DNA of 64,000 bases from contig CALSZZ010000002.1 of assembly GCA_943841885.1 (NCBI GenBank), positions 28,262 to 92,261 on the forward strand, read 5' to 3'. Positions 9,982-20,152 of this stretch are shown here, piece after piece; positions within the stretch are counted from its first letter, which is position 1, and every line of letters begins with the position of its first letter. Both the position numbers and the translations under genes were made by a program. This stretch comes from Candidatus Thalassarchaeaceae archaeon. Lineage in GTDB: Archaea; Thermoplasmatota; Poseidoniia; Poseidoniales; Thalassarchaeaceae. The notes under the pieces were generated by a model that did not search any database, was not told the origin of the DNA, and saw only the letters and a list, made by a program, of their open reading frames with translations.

Positions 9982-11049
9982 TTAATCTTCGAGTATCAAT
10001 TGTTCCTTTTCAATATCTTGTAGTACAATTGAAATTCCCATACAAGTAGTTGCTAATATAATAAAAGAGGTTGAAGCCAATAAAAGATGTATCAATGATA
10101 ATATTTCTAAATAACCATCAATAGTCCAAGATAAAACATATAAGCCACCTAATGCTATATTTAACAAATATATTGAAGTAGCCGTGAAAACCCATTTTAC
10201 TAGTAGACCCATCCTCTCTTGTTTTTCTATGTTTTTCCACATAATCCAACAAACTCCAATCATTAATATCCCAACTAATGCAACTAACCATCTATGAATA
10301 ATTTGAGATTTGGCTACTATTTCTTCTATTGTTACATTTGATATCAATTCTCCTTGACACAATGGCCAAGATTGATAGAAACCATCAATTCCACATCCAT
10401 AATTTGCTCCCGGAGATGTAGAAACTAAAGTCCCAGAAAATAAAGTCAATAGCATAAGTCCTGTCATAATCAATAATTTATTTTTCCATTTCTGGGATAA
10501 TTTAGGATTGAATGAAATCCAATCTGTCTCTTTTTTCCTAGAGATTAATGCCCATATCCATATCAAAGTTAACATAAACGCCAATGCAGATCCTAAGTGT
10601 AAAATTACGCTCCAATGTTCATTATCCATTTTCACTGTTAGCATCCCTACTGCACCTTGCCAAATAATTAGTAGAACTGATAATCTAGTTGCATTGGCCA
10701 TATTTTTATCATATCTTTCATCACGACTTAAAATAAACCAATTTAGAATAACCAATGGTGCTAATATTACGCCTGCTAAAAATCTGTGAATCCATTCAGT
10801 AAATATTTCAAAAGTAGTGTATCTATGACTAGATCCTCGTGAGTCTATTTCATCGGGATTTTCTTCCCACCAATCTCCTTGCTCTTCTTCAGAAATATCA
10901 AACCCAAAAGTTCCAAAACATAGAGGCCAGTCAGGACAAGATTCTCCAGCGTCATAAATTCGTATAGTGCCTCCAAGAGTAATTACTAATATCGTAGTTA
11001 TTACAATGACTACAATTAAACGGTCTTGGAGTAATTTTTTCATTATCAC
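9982..11049 (-). CDS. ctaA: Heme A synthase (COX15/CtaA)
   Basis: AGESCPDWPLC, EWIHR, ILH, IIHR, LIH heme-ligand motifs; second Cys pair; adjacent to ctaB. Confidence 0.9.
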   Translation of the reverse strand: MIMKKLLQDRLIVVIVITTILVITLGGTIRIYDAGESCPDWPLCFGTFGFDISEEEQGDWWEENPDEIDSRGSSHRYTTFEIFTEWIHRFLAGVILAPLVILNWFILSRDERYDKNMANATRLSVLLIIWQGAVGMLTVKMDNEHWSVILHLGSALAFMLTLIWIWALISRKKETDWISFNPKLSQKWKNKLLIMTGLMLLTLFSGTLVSTSPGANYGCGIDGFYQSWPLCQGELISNVTIEEIVAKSQIIHRWLVALVGILMIGVCWIMWKNIEKQERMGLLVKWVFTATSIYLLNIALGGLYVLSWTIDGYLEILSLIHLLLASTSFIILATTCMGISIVLQDIEKEQLILED

Positions 11050-11081
11050 AGAGGTTCACCCCAATTATGGGCCTCGCAAAT

Positions 11082-11339
11082 CTAATCATCAAGATGTGGG
11101 TCTACATCTATTGGAATTCTTTCCTGATCGTACTCTAAAGTTGCAATTTTCATCGGATCCAAGACAACTCTTTCTTTTGCATCACTTACTCCATAAAGTT
11201 GAACTAGCTCATCACTAAAATTTTCTCTTAATTCATCTTCAGTTACATAAAGAGGAGCTCCCATGCTAATTTGAAGTGCTCTAGCACCAATTATTCTTGC
11301 TTTTTCAAAGCGAGTATGCGGACTTTTTGGCTTAACCAT
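11082..11339 (-). CDS. rpoK: DNA-directed RNA polymerase subunit K (Rpo6)
   Basis: [21 protein letters not shown]...DPMKIATLE signature. Confidence 0.95.
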   Translation of the reverse strand: MVKPKSPHTRFEKARIIGARALQISMGAPLYVTEDELRENFSDELVQLYGVSDAKERVVLDPMKIATLEYDQERIPIDVDPHLDD

Positions 11340-11413
11340 ATCAACGCCCACCAATGACTCCCAAATAAGGTCTATGACTCGAATCTCACTTAAAAAATAT
11401 TTTTAATTAAAAA

Positions 11414-12571
11414 TTAGGACTCTATTAACATAGCAACGGCATTACCTCCTCCAAGGCAAATTGTTACTATTCCATACCTGCCCGAGGTTCTATTTAACGC
11501 ATTTACTAAAGTCATCAAACATCTTGTCCCTGTGGCTCCCAAAGGATGACCAATAGCAACCGCACCTCCATGTAAATTAAATTTATCATCAGATATTTTC
11601 AAAGCCTTCTGGATAGAACAAGAAGCAGAAGCAAATGCTTCATTATGCTCAATTATATCAATATCATCAATTTCTAATTTATTTCTATTCAAGAGCATCT
11701 CAACTGCAGTAATTGGAGCAGACATCACTCTACTGGGTTCTAATCCTGATGTACAATAATCAATTATCTTTGCTAAAATAGGTAAATCATACTTCTTTAC
11801 TGCATAATCCGATGCAATTAGTACGGCAGATGCTCCATCTGATAGTTGACTAGCATTTCCTGCAGTTACCTGGCCATTCTCATGGAATATACTTCTCAAC
11901 TTGCCCATTTTATCTAAATCGGTATCTACACGAATTCCCTCATCCTTTAATATTCCATCTATCTCAAATGATTCTTTATTTAACCATCCCTTTTCCCACC
12001 CCTCATTGGCAAGACGATGAGATCTTACTGCATACTTGTCGGACTGCTCTCTAGATATGTCGAATTCTTTTGCAACTGTCTCTCCAGTTTCTCCCATCAT
12101 CTCTCCTGAGAATGCATCCCTTAAACCATCATGCGACAATATTCCTTCTAAATCTGAAAAGTTTATTTTTTCACCTTTAACTGGATTTTTTATAAAATAT
12201 GGGGCATTACTCATAGACTCCATTCCTCCTGCAATGATCAAGTTTGCAACTTTTGCTCGAATGTCAGATGCCCCAATCATTACAGCTTTCAAACTTGAAC
12301 CACAGACTTTGTTTATTGTTGTACATGGGGTTTGATATGACATCCCAGCACCCAATGCGACTTGTCTACAAGGGGCTTGCCCAGTCCCTGCTTGTAATAC
12401 GTGCCCCATGTATATTTGATTAACAGAATTATCATTTGGATTTATTTTTGCCCTTTCCAATAATTCTTTTACTGCCATTACTCCTAATTCAGTTGCACTA
12501 TATTTCGAAAGCGAACCTCTAAATTTGCCTACGGGAGTTCTTGCATATGCACATATGTTGACTGCTTCCAT
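11414..12571 (-). CDS. Acetyl-CoA C-acyltransferase (thiolase)
   Basis: NKVCGSS, GGMESMS, TAGNAS, NEAF, GAVAIGHPLGATG, CLGGG. Confidence 0.93.
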   Translation of the reverse strand: MEAVNICAYARTPVGKFRGSLSKYSATELGVMAVKELLERAKINPNDNSVNQIYMGHVLQAGTGQAPCRQVALGAGMSYQTPCTTINKVCGSSLKAVMIGASDIRAKVANLIIAGGMESMSNAPYFIKNPVKGEKINFSDLEGILSHDGLRDAFSGEMMGETGETVAKEFDISREQSDKYAVRSHRLANEGWEKGWLNKESFEIDGILKDEGIRVDTDLDKMGKLRSIFHENGQVTAGNASQLSDGASAVLIASDYAVKKYDLPILAKIIDYCTSGLEPSRVMSAPITAVEMLLNRNKLEIDDIDIIEHNEAFASASCSIQKALKISDDKFNLHGGAVAIGHPLGATGTRCLMTLVNALNRTSGRYGIVTICLGGGNAVAMLIES

Positions 12572-12627
12572 GCATCATCCAAAAGAGAACTAGACTTCAA
12601 TTATACGATAATTATTATGTATTGTGT

Positions 12628-13692
12628 CTAATCTGAACTATATCCATAAAATTCTGCGTTTTTTAGATAAGGCCTATTTTGAGGTTTAATCAGTATTGTT
12701 CGAACAGCCCATAAATCTTTGAAAATACGATATCGACTCGTCGCATCTAGATAATCAACTCCACTAGTTCCTCCGGTCCCTATTCTTCTGCCCATTATCC
12801 TCTCTACCATACGTGCATGAGAATGTCTCCATTTAACTATGGATTCCTCCAATTCAACAAACCCATCAATTAATTTTCTAGGCCAAGTTAATAAGGGTAA
12901 TTCGCGATATGATTCGATAAACAAAAGACCTGCTCTAGATCGACTAATTATTCCTTCTGGAATTAAAAATTCTCTTGCACTATTGTTACTAAAATTCAAC
13001 CTATCAGAAATTTTTTTATTAGAAATAGAATCTCCATACAGATTTTCTCCATGTGTCTTATGCGCCTCCAAATGATCTTCTATATATTTGTTAACTACAT
13101 TGTCATCCTCCTCATTACCGAATTTAGAACCCATTATTGGTGTTCTTCCTATCCAATTCATTAATGATTCTACTAATGATTTTTGTTCCTTTACCGTCTT
13201 TAATTTATTATAAATTTGTAAAGATTCTATATTATTTTCTGCAGCCTTTTTGAATCCTTCTAAAGGATCCATACCCCCTAGCCTATCTTCATTCTCCAGT
13301 CCAAGTAAAATTTCGAACTCTCGCATCTGATATGATTCAAAACCAGAAGCAGTTCCTAAACCATCTCTAAATGCAAGAAATCCTTGAGGAGTTAGAGTTT
13401 CTAATACACTCCACTGATTGGCCATTAGCCTAAAAATTTCTGTAGTTCTGGTAAGGTGATCTACAGCCCTAGGAATTTCATTCTCAGGAACCATTTCTTG
13501 ATTTAGTATATTACGAACTTCACTCAATTCTCTAATAATTTGTTTAAACCATAATTCAAACGTTTGATGAACTATTATAAAATGCATTTCATCATTTGAT
13601 ATTCCTCTATCTTCTCCTTGTAGGGCCAGTAACTTGGATAGTTGCAAATATTCTCCATATGTCCAATTCCCCGACTCTCCCCCGTCACTCAT
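12628..13692 (-). CDS. kynA: Tryptophan 2,3-dioxygenase
   Basis: YGEYLQL, DEMHFIIVHQTFELWFK, ASGFES, WRHSHARMVERIMG, GTGGTSGVDYL. Confidence 0.93.
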   Translation of the reverse strand: MSDGGESGNWTYGEYLQLSKLLALQGEDRGISNDEMHFIIVHQTFELWFKQIIRELSEVRNILNQEMVPENEIPRAVDHLTRTTEIFRLMANQWSVLETLTPQGFLAFRDGLGTASGFESYQMREFEILLGLENEDRLGGMDPLEGFKKAAENNIESLQIYNKLKTVKEQKSLVESLMNWIGRTPIMGSKFGNEEDDNVVNKYIEDHLEAHKTHGENLYGDSISNKKISDRLNFSNNSAREFLIPEGIISRSRAGLLFIESYRELPLLTWPRKLIDGFVELEESIVKWRHSHARMVERIMGRRIGTGGTSGVDYLDATSRYRIFKDLWAVRTILIKPQNRPYLKNAEFYGYSSD

Positions 13693-13759
13693 ATATCTCC
13701 GATATCAACTTCATTTGAAGTATTACCTCTTATTAGAAAATTCTAAAGTTATTAATATC

Positions 13760-14365
13760 ATGGCCCTTATTATGCCAAGAGTGTCCGAAGAAAGGATAAA
13801 ATCATTCAAATTTGAACTTCCATATCCTTTTCTGATGGTTGAAGAAGGTTTAGAATTAATTCAACTAAATTTTGATGATAATGAGGAATTATTTAATTTA
13901 ATTGAGATAAATCGTATTTATTTAAGAGAAAGACTCCCATGGCTAGATGACATTAAAACAATTTTAAATCAACAAAAATTTATTATAACATCTCTTGATG
14001 AATACCACCGAGGTAAAGGTATAAGTTATTCAATCAAATTAGATGATAAAATAATTGGTAACATCGGCCTAAATTGGATCGATTATAATAATAGATCATG
14101 CGGAATAGGTTATTGGATATCTGAAAACCATATGGGTAATGGAATTATAACAAAATCTTGTAAAAGGCTAATAAATCATTGCTTCAATGATTTAGAATTG
14201 CATCGTGTCGTATTAGAGGCGGCTGTTGACAATTTTTCAAGTATATCAGTTGCAAATCGTTTAGGAATGAGATTGGAAGGATCGAATATTGATAGAGAGT
14301 GGCTATATGATCATTTTGTAGACAGTAATATTTATGCAATTACTAGTAATGAATTCAGTTATTAG
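13760..14365 (+). CDS. RimL/RimJ-family GNAT N-acetyltransferase
   Basis: YLRERLPW, IGYWISENHMGNGIIT, NFSSISVANRLG; start moved to ATG 13760 to avoid overlap with kynA. Confidence 0.85.
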   Translation: MALIMPRVSEERIKSFKFELPYPFLMVEEGLELIQLNFDDNEELFNLIEINRIYLRERLPWLDDIKTILNQQKFIITSLDEYHRGKGISYSIKLDDKIIGNIGLNWIDYNNRSCGIGYWISENHMGNGIITKSCKRLINHCFNDLELHRVVLEAAVDNFSSISVANRLGMRLEGSNIDREWLYDHFVDSNIYAITSNEFSY

Positions 14366-16500
14366 ACTAATATTCCATAATTTTCTAGAGTACAACCTCC
14401 TGGAGGGAGGCAAGATAAAACATCATCTTGGGAAAGACCTGTTGCCTTTGAAATTTTATTCGCAACATTTTCTTTTTTACCTTTGCTTGGTATTATTTTA
14501 CCCCACCTTGGGAAAATTTTTGATATTGTATCTGGAGTCCCCAATACAGGTAGAGGGACTCCATTGATCAAGCCGATACCAATGGCCACTTCAAGTGAAA
14601 TATCTTTATGCCAATTTCTTTTACCTCTAACTACAAAACCCCCTCTTCCCAATGATTCTCCACTTTCTGTTGTCTTGGAGACTTGACTAGGTCTTGTATA
14701 AAATGCAGTTGCTGCAGCACCTCCACTCCCCCATGCCCTTGACCAACAAACTGCAATCTGTGCAGCTTCCTGATGTATTTCTCCAGAAAATTCTCTAGCA
14801 TCATCTATTTCTTTGTTTAAATTTTGAGTTATTTTCAATGAAATAACTCCTTCAGGAATTTTCTCATTAATACTTTTGATAACTTCTAGTCCATCATTAA
14901 GTTTCAATGAGCATGATGGCGCCCCATGTAAATCCGCGTGAAAATACAAATCTGTAGAATTAAGATGCTTTTTAACAATCGTATCATTTCCCTTAGCATC
15001 GTTTCCTCCAATGAATAGACTACCATTGCTCAACATCGCCCATCGATATTTTTCAAACCAGAATTTTTTACTACGTTTGGAGGTTTTTAGTTTTCCGGCA
15101 GCAGTATTCTTCGCTACTTTCTTGTCCTCTTTTATTTTGCTTATTTCTGTATTCTCTAATGCTATTTTTGCACCACTAGCCTTATTTTTTTGAGTATGTG
15201 CTTCTTCAAAATATCTTTGGGCATTTTGATGTACGGTTTTTGCTACTTCAAGTGTAATGGTAGCTCCAGGTTCTCCTTCTTCATCGGGCAGATATATTAC
15301 AATGGTACCCTTTGAAGGACTTATTTTATCAATCCATGGGATTTCTGCTACTTTCTTTTCAATAGACTGCCAATTATCTTTTATTATGGCCTGATTAAAT
15401 TGTTCTAAAATATCATTTACATGACCCCAATTTTCTTGAATTGATTTACCTAATTCTTGATTTATTGCAGCTCTTTGTAAAAATTTTTCAATAGCAAGTT
15501 TTTGTTGCTGGGACCTTCTTACTAATTTTGCCTTTTTCTCTCCATCATCCTTACCTGATTGAATTAATTTTTCTTCTTCTCGACGGATATAGGCAGCTGC
15601 ATCATGCATTCCATAAATTATGTCAAAACCAGAAGAAAGAGAATCAATCTTTGTTGATAATTGAGGATTAAGACTAGGAATATTTATTGGTGCAATTTCT
15701 TGTATCTGAGATGCCATATCCTCTCTTTCTTCAATATCATTATTTGAATTCCATTTGTCTAAAGACTCGATATTTTTCATCCAAACTTTAATAATATTTT
15801 TCTCATCAAGTTCTTTAACCATATTTTTTATTGTTTTCTCGAGTAAATCTACTTGCTCCGTTGATAAAGTATTGGAACCTTCATTTTCATTTATTTTTGC
15901 ATTTGAACATGCAATACTGCCATATAATGATCCAAAATTTGCACGTACTGCTAGAGTTCTAATTAGGTCATGTTCACTGTTATCTAGAAGACTTTCTAGA
16001 TCTTTACGTTTCATACTTCGAGGATTGAAAGATTCAGGAGGAGGCTTATATTCAAGTCCCTTTTTTAATGATCTCGTGGAATATTTAGCATGAGTAAGTG
16101 GTTGAATAATTATTCCTTCACTATCAATTAGTAAAATATTCCCATCTCTGAATAATTCTATGATTATCTTAATTTTTCCCCTGGTCCTTTCAAAAACAAG
16201 TTCCACTATACGATCGAAACCATATTGATTAACATCAACTAATCTAGCATTATTCAGATGTTTTCTAATCACCATGGCAAACTGCGAAGGTTTAGATGGC
16301 ATTGGCCTATCTCTCTGAGAAGTATACAACCTCTTACCTCTAACAATAACCAAATCAGTTGATGGCAAACCTTTCCTATTTAATTTCAAAACAACTTGTT
16401 CATAATGTGGTTGATATGCTTTCCTCATTCTAGAACCTATCATCTCAGAAAGCTCATTGACAATACATGAAACATCAAATGATGATAACTTATCACGCAT
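14362..16500 (-). CDS. rqcH: Ribosome quality control protein Rqc2/RqcH (NEMF/NFACT family)
   Basis: LSSFDV, PSQFAMVIRKHL, FDRIVEL, ELFRDGNILL, NAQRYF, WFEKYRW, GGNDAKGND, FHADLHGAP, GFVVRGKRNW. Confidence 0.9.
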   Translation of the reverse strand: MRDKLSSFDVSCIVNELSEMIGSRMRKAYQPHYEQVVLKLNRKGLPSTDLVIVRGKRLYTSQRDRPMPSKPSQFAMVIRKHLNNARLVDVNQYGFDRIVELVFERTRGKIKIIIELFRDGNILLIDSEGIIIQPLTHAKYSTRSLKKGLEYKPPPESFNPRSMKRKDLESLLDNSEHDLIRTLAVRANFGSLYGSIACSNAKINENEGSNTLSTEQVDLLEKTIKNMVKELDEKNIIKVWMKNIESLDKWNSNNDIEEREDMASQIQEIAPINIPSLNPQLSTKIDSLSSGFDIIYGMHDAAAYIRREEEKLIQSGKDDGEKKAKLVRRSQQQKLAIEKFLQRAAINQELGKSIQENWGHVNDILEQFNQAIIKDNWQSIEKKVAEIPWIDKISPSKGTIVIYLPDEEGEPGATITLEVAKTVHQNAQRYFEEAHTQKNKASGAKIALENTEISKIKEDKKVAKNTAAGKLKTSKRSKKFWFEKYRWAMLSNGSLFIGGNDAKGNDTIVKKHLNSTDLYFHADLHGAPSCSLKLNDGLEVIKSINEKIPEGVISLKITQNLNKEIDDAREFSGEIHQEAAQIAVCWSRAWGSGGAAATAFYTRPSQVSKTTESGESLGRGGFVVRGKRNWHKDISLEVAIGIGLINGVPLPVLGTPDTISKIFPRWGKIIPSKGKKENVANKISKATGLSQDDVLSCLPPGGCTLENYGILV

Positions 16501-16557
16501 GCCTATCGTACTATCCTACAATGTTATCATTCATCATCTAATCGATTACTTCTTAAT

Positions 16558-17424
16558 TTATGATAATGTATTATGAAATGTTTCAATTTCCTTCAAAACT
16601 TCAGATTCATGAGCATATTGATTACTCGGGATATGTATTAATTGACAGTTAGGTAGACATTTGCTAATTTTTACTACACCATCTAGTGAATGTAATTTAT
16701 CAGATTTAGCAGATAAAATAGTAGACGAAATCGAATTGTCTGGAAATTGTAAATTCATTTTATAATCTATGTTATATTTTGCAGAAAGCATCATTCTTAG
16801 TAAATCTTGAGCTTTAAACATCCTCCTGTACCTTATTTTCTGTCCTTCTTCTTTTATACGTTTTTCGAGTGCAAATAAAACTATTTTCCGCAAAACCGGA
16901 TAGGTGAATTTAGGAACAGGAAACCTAAGAAAAAGATTTGCCCAGAGTGGCGGTTTGAAATCAATGTTAGGGCCTATTAGAACTGCAGACCTTCCTCCTA
17001 TGGATTGTTTCTGAAAGGCATCTAATAATATGGTTGCACCTAATGATGATGCAAACCAATCTATATTAGTCATTTCTAATCCAAAATGATCTATTATTCT
17101 CCTCAAATCCATTGAATGTTCTTCCATTTGAAAATCTTTTTTGGAAATTTTTCTATTTATTATTGCACTTTTCTTTTCTCTAGTTTCAATGTAGATTATT
17201 GACCTTCTAGTGGCCCATTCAGTTATTAATGGCCTCCAGCCTTCAAAAACAGAACCCCATCCTGGTATAATTATTAACTGATTTCCATTTTGAGAAGAAT
17301 AATCTGCTGGTGTCCATTTAAGAACTCTTAATTTTACTCCTCTTCCAACATCTACGAACTCTTCTTCGCATTTACAATCAGGTAATTGAGGGATAAGAGT
17401 CCATTCATCTTCCATATGTCTCAC
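16558..17424 (-). CDS. Alpha/beta hydrolase fold protein
   Basis: IIPGWGS oxyanion loop, ASSLGA nucleophile elbow, SDKLH, late His. Confidence 0.65.
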   Translation of the reverse strand: MRHMEDEWTLIPQLPDCKCEEEFVDVGRGVKLRVLKWTPADYSSQNGNQLIIIPGWGSVFEGWRPLITEWATRRSIIYIETREKKSAIINRKISKKDFQMEEHSMDLRRIIDHFGLEMTNIDWFASSLGATILLDAFQKQSIGGRSAVLIGPNIDFKPPLWANLFLRFPVPKFTYPVLRKIVLFALEKRIKEEGQKIRYRRMFKAQDLLRMMLSAKYNIDYKMNLQFPDNSISSTILSAKSDKLHSLDGVVKISKCLPNCQLIHIPSNQYAHESEVLKEIETFHNTLS

Positions 17425-17429
17425 TTCGA

Positions 17430-18989
17430 TTAGTTCAGATAATATTGATTTCCTATTTTTTTAATTATTTTATCTTTAATCAATAGAGAAATATGTGACA
17501 AAACTTGATCATTTGCAAGTAAAAAATTTGCATTGGGACTATCGGAGTAAACAAATTTAGTAATTTCATTTAAATGTGAGATATTATTCCTAATTGCACC
17601 TATAATTTTCTCATTCCTATTTTTTCGGTGTCTAATGTATCTATCAAGTAATTTTTTGGGATTTGCAATTAGTGGTCCATGGCCTGGGAATAGCATTTTT
17701 GGTTGCATATTCCTTAATCTTTCTAGTCCAGTGATATATGATTTCATATCTCCTTCTTTTGATGATACTAAAATAGTTCCAACTCCTACACAATTATCTC
17801 CACTAACTATTCCTGAATCTCCACAAATACAAATATGCCCTGGACAATGCCCCGGAGTCTCAATAATCGACCAATCACTAATGCCACTTGGGCCTTTCAA
17901 TTTGAACAAATCTCCTTCAATTAATAACTTAAAATTATCCAATATATTATACTCTTCTATAGTTTCTTTAGATGCCCATATTGGTGCTTTATAGACCTTT
18001 GATATTTCATCCATATCCCCAATATGATCTGGATGTTTATGTGTAAATATAGTTGCTATAATATTAGATCCAGAATCTATTATTTCGTTAATTTTTTCTT
18101 TAAATAAAATCATTTGTTCATCTTTGGCGGCTGGATCAATAATCACCCTTTCTCCGCCCTCTTCTCCGAGTATGTAGCAATTAGTATGCGTAGATGGAGG
18201 TAATGTATGAGTTCTAATGGGAAAACACTCAATTAGTGGGCCGAACTCAATTCTATGATATCCAGAGGGTCTTTTTTGAGCAAGTAAATCGCAACCATCA
18301 TTCAAACTTCCTGTCTTATTAATACTCATAACCACATCTTTCAATAAAGTTACAATAGGAGGGGGAATTCTAACCTCGTTATTTTCCCAAGAGCTCAAAA
18401 GTTCTTGAGGTTTCCACCATTTGAATTCATCAAATTCTGATCTCCCTGGAGGGAATGTGGGGGTCACATTATTTTCAGATATCGCTACATGGAAAAATCT
18501 ATTCTTAAATCTAATGGGTCCAAAAGGAGGAGTCTCTCTCTCTGAAATTACCTTAGCATTAAAAGAATCAATTATTATATTTCCATTCTCAAATTCTTTT
18601 AACCAATTGTTCTTATCGATACATACTGTATTTCTAATCTCTTCACTTATTGAAATCATATTTCCACCCTCATCAGGGGTAAAGCCTATTTCTTCTACCA
18701 ACTCCCTTAGAAGGGCTATTGATGCAATGCGATCAATTCCTTTTTCTGATAGAAATTCTGGATAAAGATTTCCTAATTTCTTATCTACTTTACTTATTCC
18801 TCCTCCTGGAAATGTCCAAAAATCAGGAAAAGAAGGCATCTCTGATACTCTGTGGCCTAGTAATATTTCATCATAGCCATCTTTTATTCTGCTTATCACA
18901 GCGGAAGCAGATAAATGTGGTTCAGTAACATCTGTCTTGGGGATTTCAAACCCCGCTGGTACTTCTCCCATGCCTTGTCGTAGTGACAC
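17430..18989 (-). CDS. NUDIX hydrolase / metallo-beta-lactamase (LACTB2-like) fusion
   Basis: TFPGG...LRELVEEIG Nudix box; THKHPDHIG, TPGHCPGH, SGD and PGHG MBL motifs; C-terminal winged-helix-like segment. Confidence 0.85.
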   Translation of the reverse strand: MSLRQGMGEVPAGFEIPKTDVTEPHLSASAVISRIKDGYDEILLGHRVSEMPSFPDFWTFPGGGISKVDKKLGNLYPEFLSEKGIDRIASIALLRELVEEIGFTPDEGGNMISISEEIRNTVCIDKNNWLKEFENGNIIIDSFNAKVISERETPPFGPIRFKNRFFHVAISENNVTPTFPPGRSEFDEFKWWKPQELLSSWENNEVRIPPPIVTLLKDVVMSINKTGSLNDGCDLLAQKRPSGYHRIEFGPLIECFPIRTHTLPPSTHTNCYILGEEGGERVIIDPAAKDEQMILFKEKINEIIDSGSNIIATIFTHKHPDHIGDMDEISKVYKAPIWASKETIEEYNILDNFKLLIEGDLFKLKGPSGISDWSIIETPGHCPGHICICGDSGIVSGDNCVGVGTILVSSKEGDMKSYITGLERLRNMQPKMLFPGHGPLIANPKKLLDRYIRHRKNRNEKIIGAIRNNISHLNEITKFVYSDSPNANFLLANDQVLSHISLLIKDKIIKKIGNQYYLN

Positions 18990-19097
18990 TTCATTTCAAA
19001 CCCATCACAATAATGATTGAATAACCCTCTCCCTTTTCGCAGTTCATGAGAGAGTCGTGTACTCCAACCTCCCTCTTTAGTTCTGGGGGTAATTTTT

Positions 19098-19277
19098 TTG
19101 AAATCACCTGAAACTATAGAGGAAGAATTAGCCATCATTTCTGAAGCAATAGAAGCAGGAATAGATCCTTTCACTCCCCTAAAAAAACCTTCTAGAATGG
19201 GAAAATTGGCTATAGGATGGTTTTTGATAATACTGATGCTAAGTTGGGCTTCTCAAATTCTGTATCAATCAGTTTAA
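19098..19277 (+). CDS. Small (59 aa) single-pass membrane protein, absent from the ORF track
   Basis: TTG start 7 nt after a GGGGGT RBS; MKSPETIEEELAIISEAIEAGIDPFTPLKKPSRMGKLAIGWFLIILMLSWASQILYQSV*; followed by a T-rich tract. Confidence 0.7.
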   Translation: MKSPETIEEELAIISEAIEAGIDPFTPLKKPSRMGKLAIGWFLIILMLSWASQILYQSV

Positions 19278-19349
19278 TTTTTTTATTCTTTTGATTATTA
19301 TTATAAAAATATCAGTAGTTTTAAATTAATTATATTTAACCCAAAATAG

Positions 19350-20054
19350 ATGATTGTATCGCATGAACATAGATTCATCTTTATCAAGACTAGAAAGACT
19401 GCTGGAACAAGTATAGAAATTTCTCTGTCGAAATATTGTGGGCCAAACGATATAATCACGCCTATTGCAGAAGTTGATGAAAAAATTAGAGAAAGTCTAG
19501 GGCATAAGGGACCACAAAATTATAAAATAAATGAAACTAAATTACTGAATAATTTATTTCTAATATTAGGTTTTAAATCAAAAGAACATTATAATCACTC
19601 ACCAGCAAAACTAATTCGTGAAAGAATAGGAATTTCTTATTTTAATAGCTATTTTAAGTTCTGTGTGGTGAGAAATCCATGGGATAGAGTAGTTTCGTTA
19701 TATTATTGGCGACTTAATCGGCCAAATGCCAAACTACCTAAAAACACATCATTAGCAGACTTTATTAAAAAATCTAAGACCAATGAATTAACCGACTCTC
19801 ATATTTATACTATAGATCAAATGTCGGTTATTGATAGGTTCATAAAATATGAAAATTTAAATATGGAATTAAATAAATGTCTTAATGAGATCGGTTTTGA
19901 TGATATAGAATTGCCCAATGCTAAATCAGGTACTCGAAATATAAAATCACATTATTCATTATTGTATGATGATGCATCTATAAGAAAAATTGCAGATATT
20001 TGTTCTTGGGAAATAGAAAAATTTGGCTATGAATTTGATGATAGGCGAGAGTAA
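19350..20054 (+). CDS. Sulfotransferase family 2 protein
   Basis: FIFIKTRKTAGTS (5'-PSB), VRNPWDRVVSLY (3'-PB), IKYENL, FGY C-terminus. Confidence 0.85.
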   Translation: MIVSHEHRFIFIKTRKTAGTSIEISLSKYCGPNDIITPIAEVDEKIRESLGHKGPQNYKINETKLLNNLFLILGFKSKEHYNHSPAKLIRERIGISYFNSYFKFCVVRNPWDRVVSLYYWRLNRPNAKLPKNTSLADFIKKSKTNELTDSHIYTIDQMSVIDRFIKYENLNMELNKCLNEIGFDDIELPNAKSGTRNIKSHYSLLYDDASIRKIADICSWEIEKFGYEFDDRRE

Positions 20055-20152
20055 TGTCGAAAGAATGTCTTATGCCCACTTACAACGACTTGAACAGGTA
20101 ATGGTGATAACAATCATGTGGTGTCAGTTAACCCGTGAATATTGGAGGCACT

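Noticed and set aside
18896..19174. 92-aa minus-strand ORF in the track
   Set aside because: Overlaps the NUDIX-MBL start and is antisense to a better-supported 59-aa plus-strand ORF with RBS and TM helix
19098..19277. Superficial resemblance of the microprotein to methanogen MtrB (helix-DP-TM)
   Set aside because: Only a generic pattern; no mtr or methanogenesis genes are present
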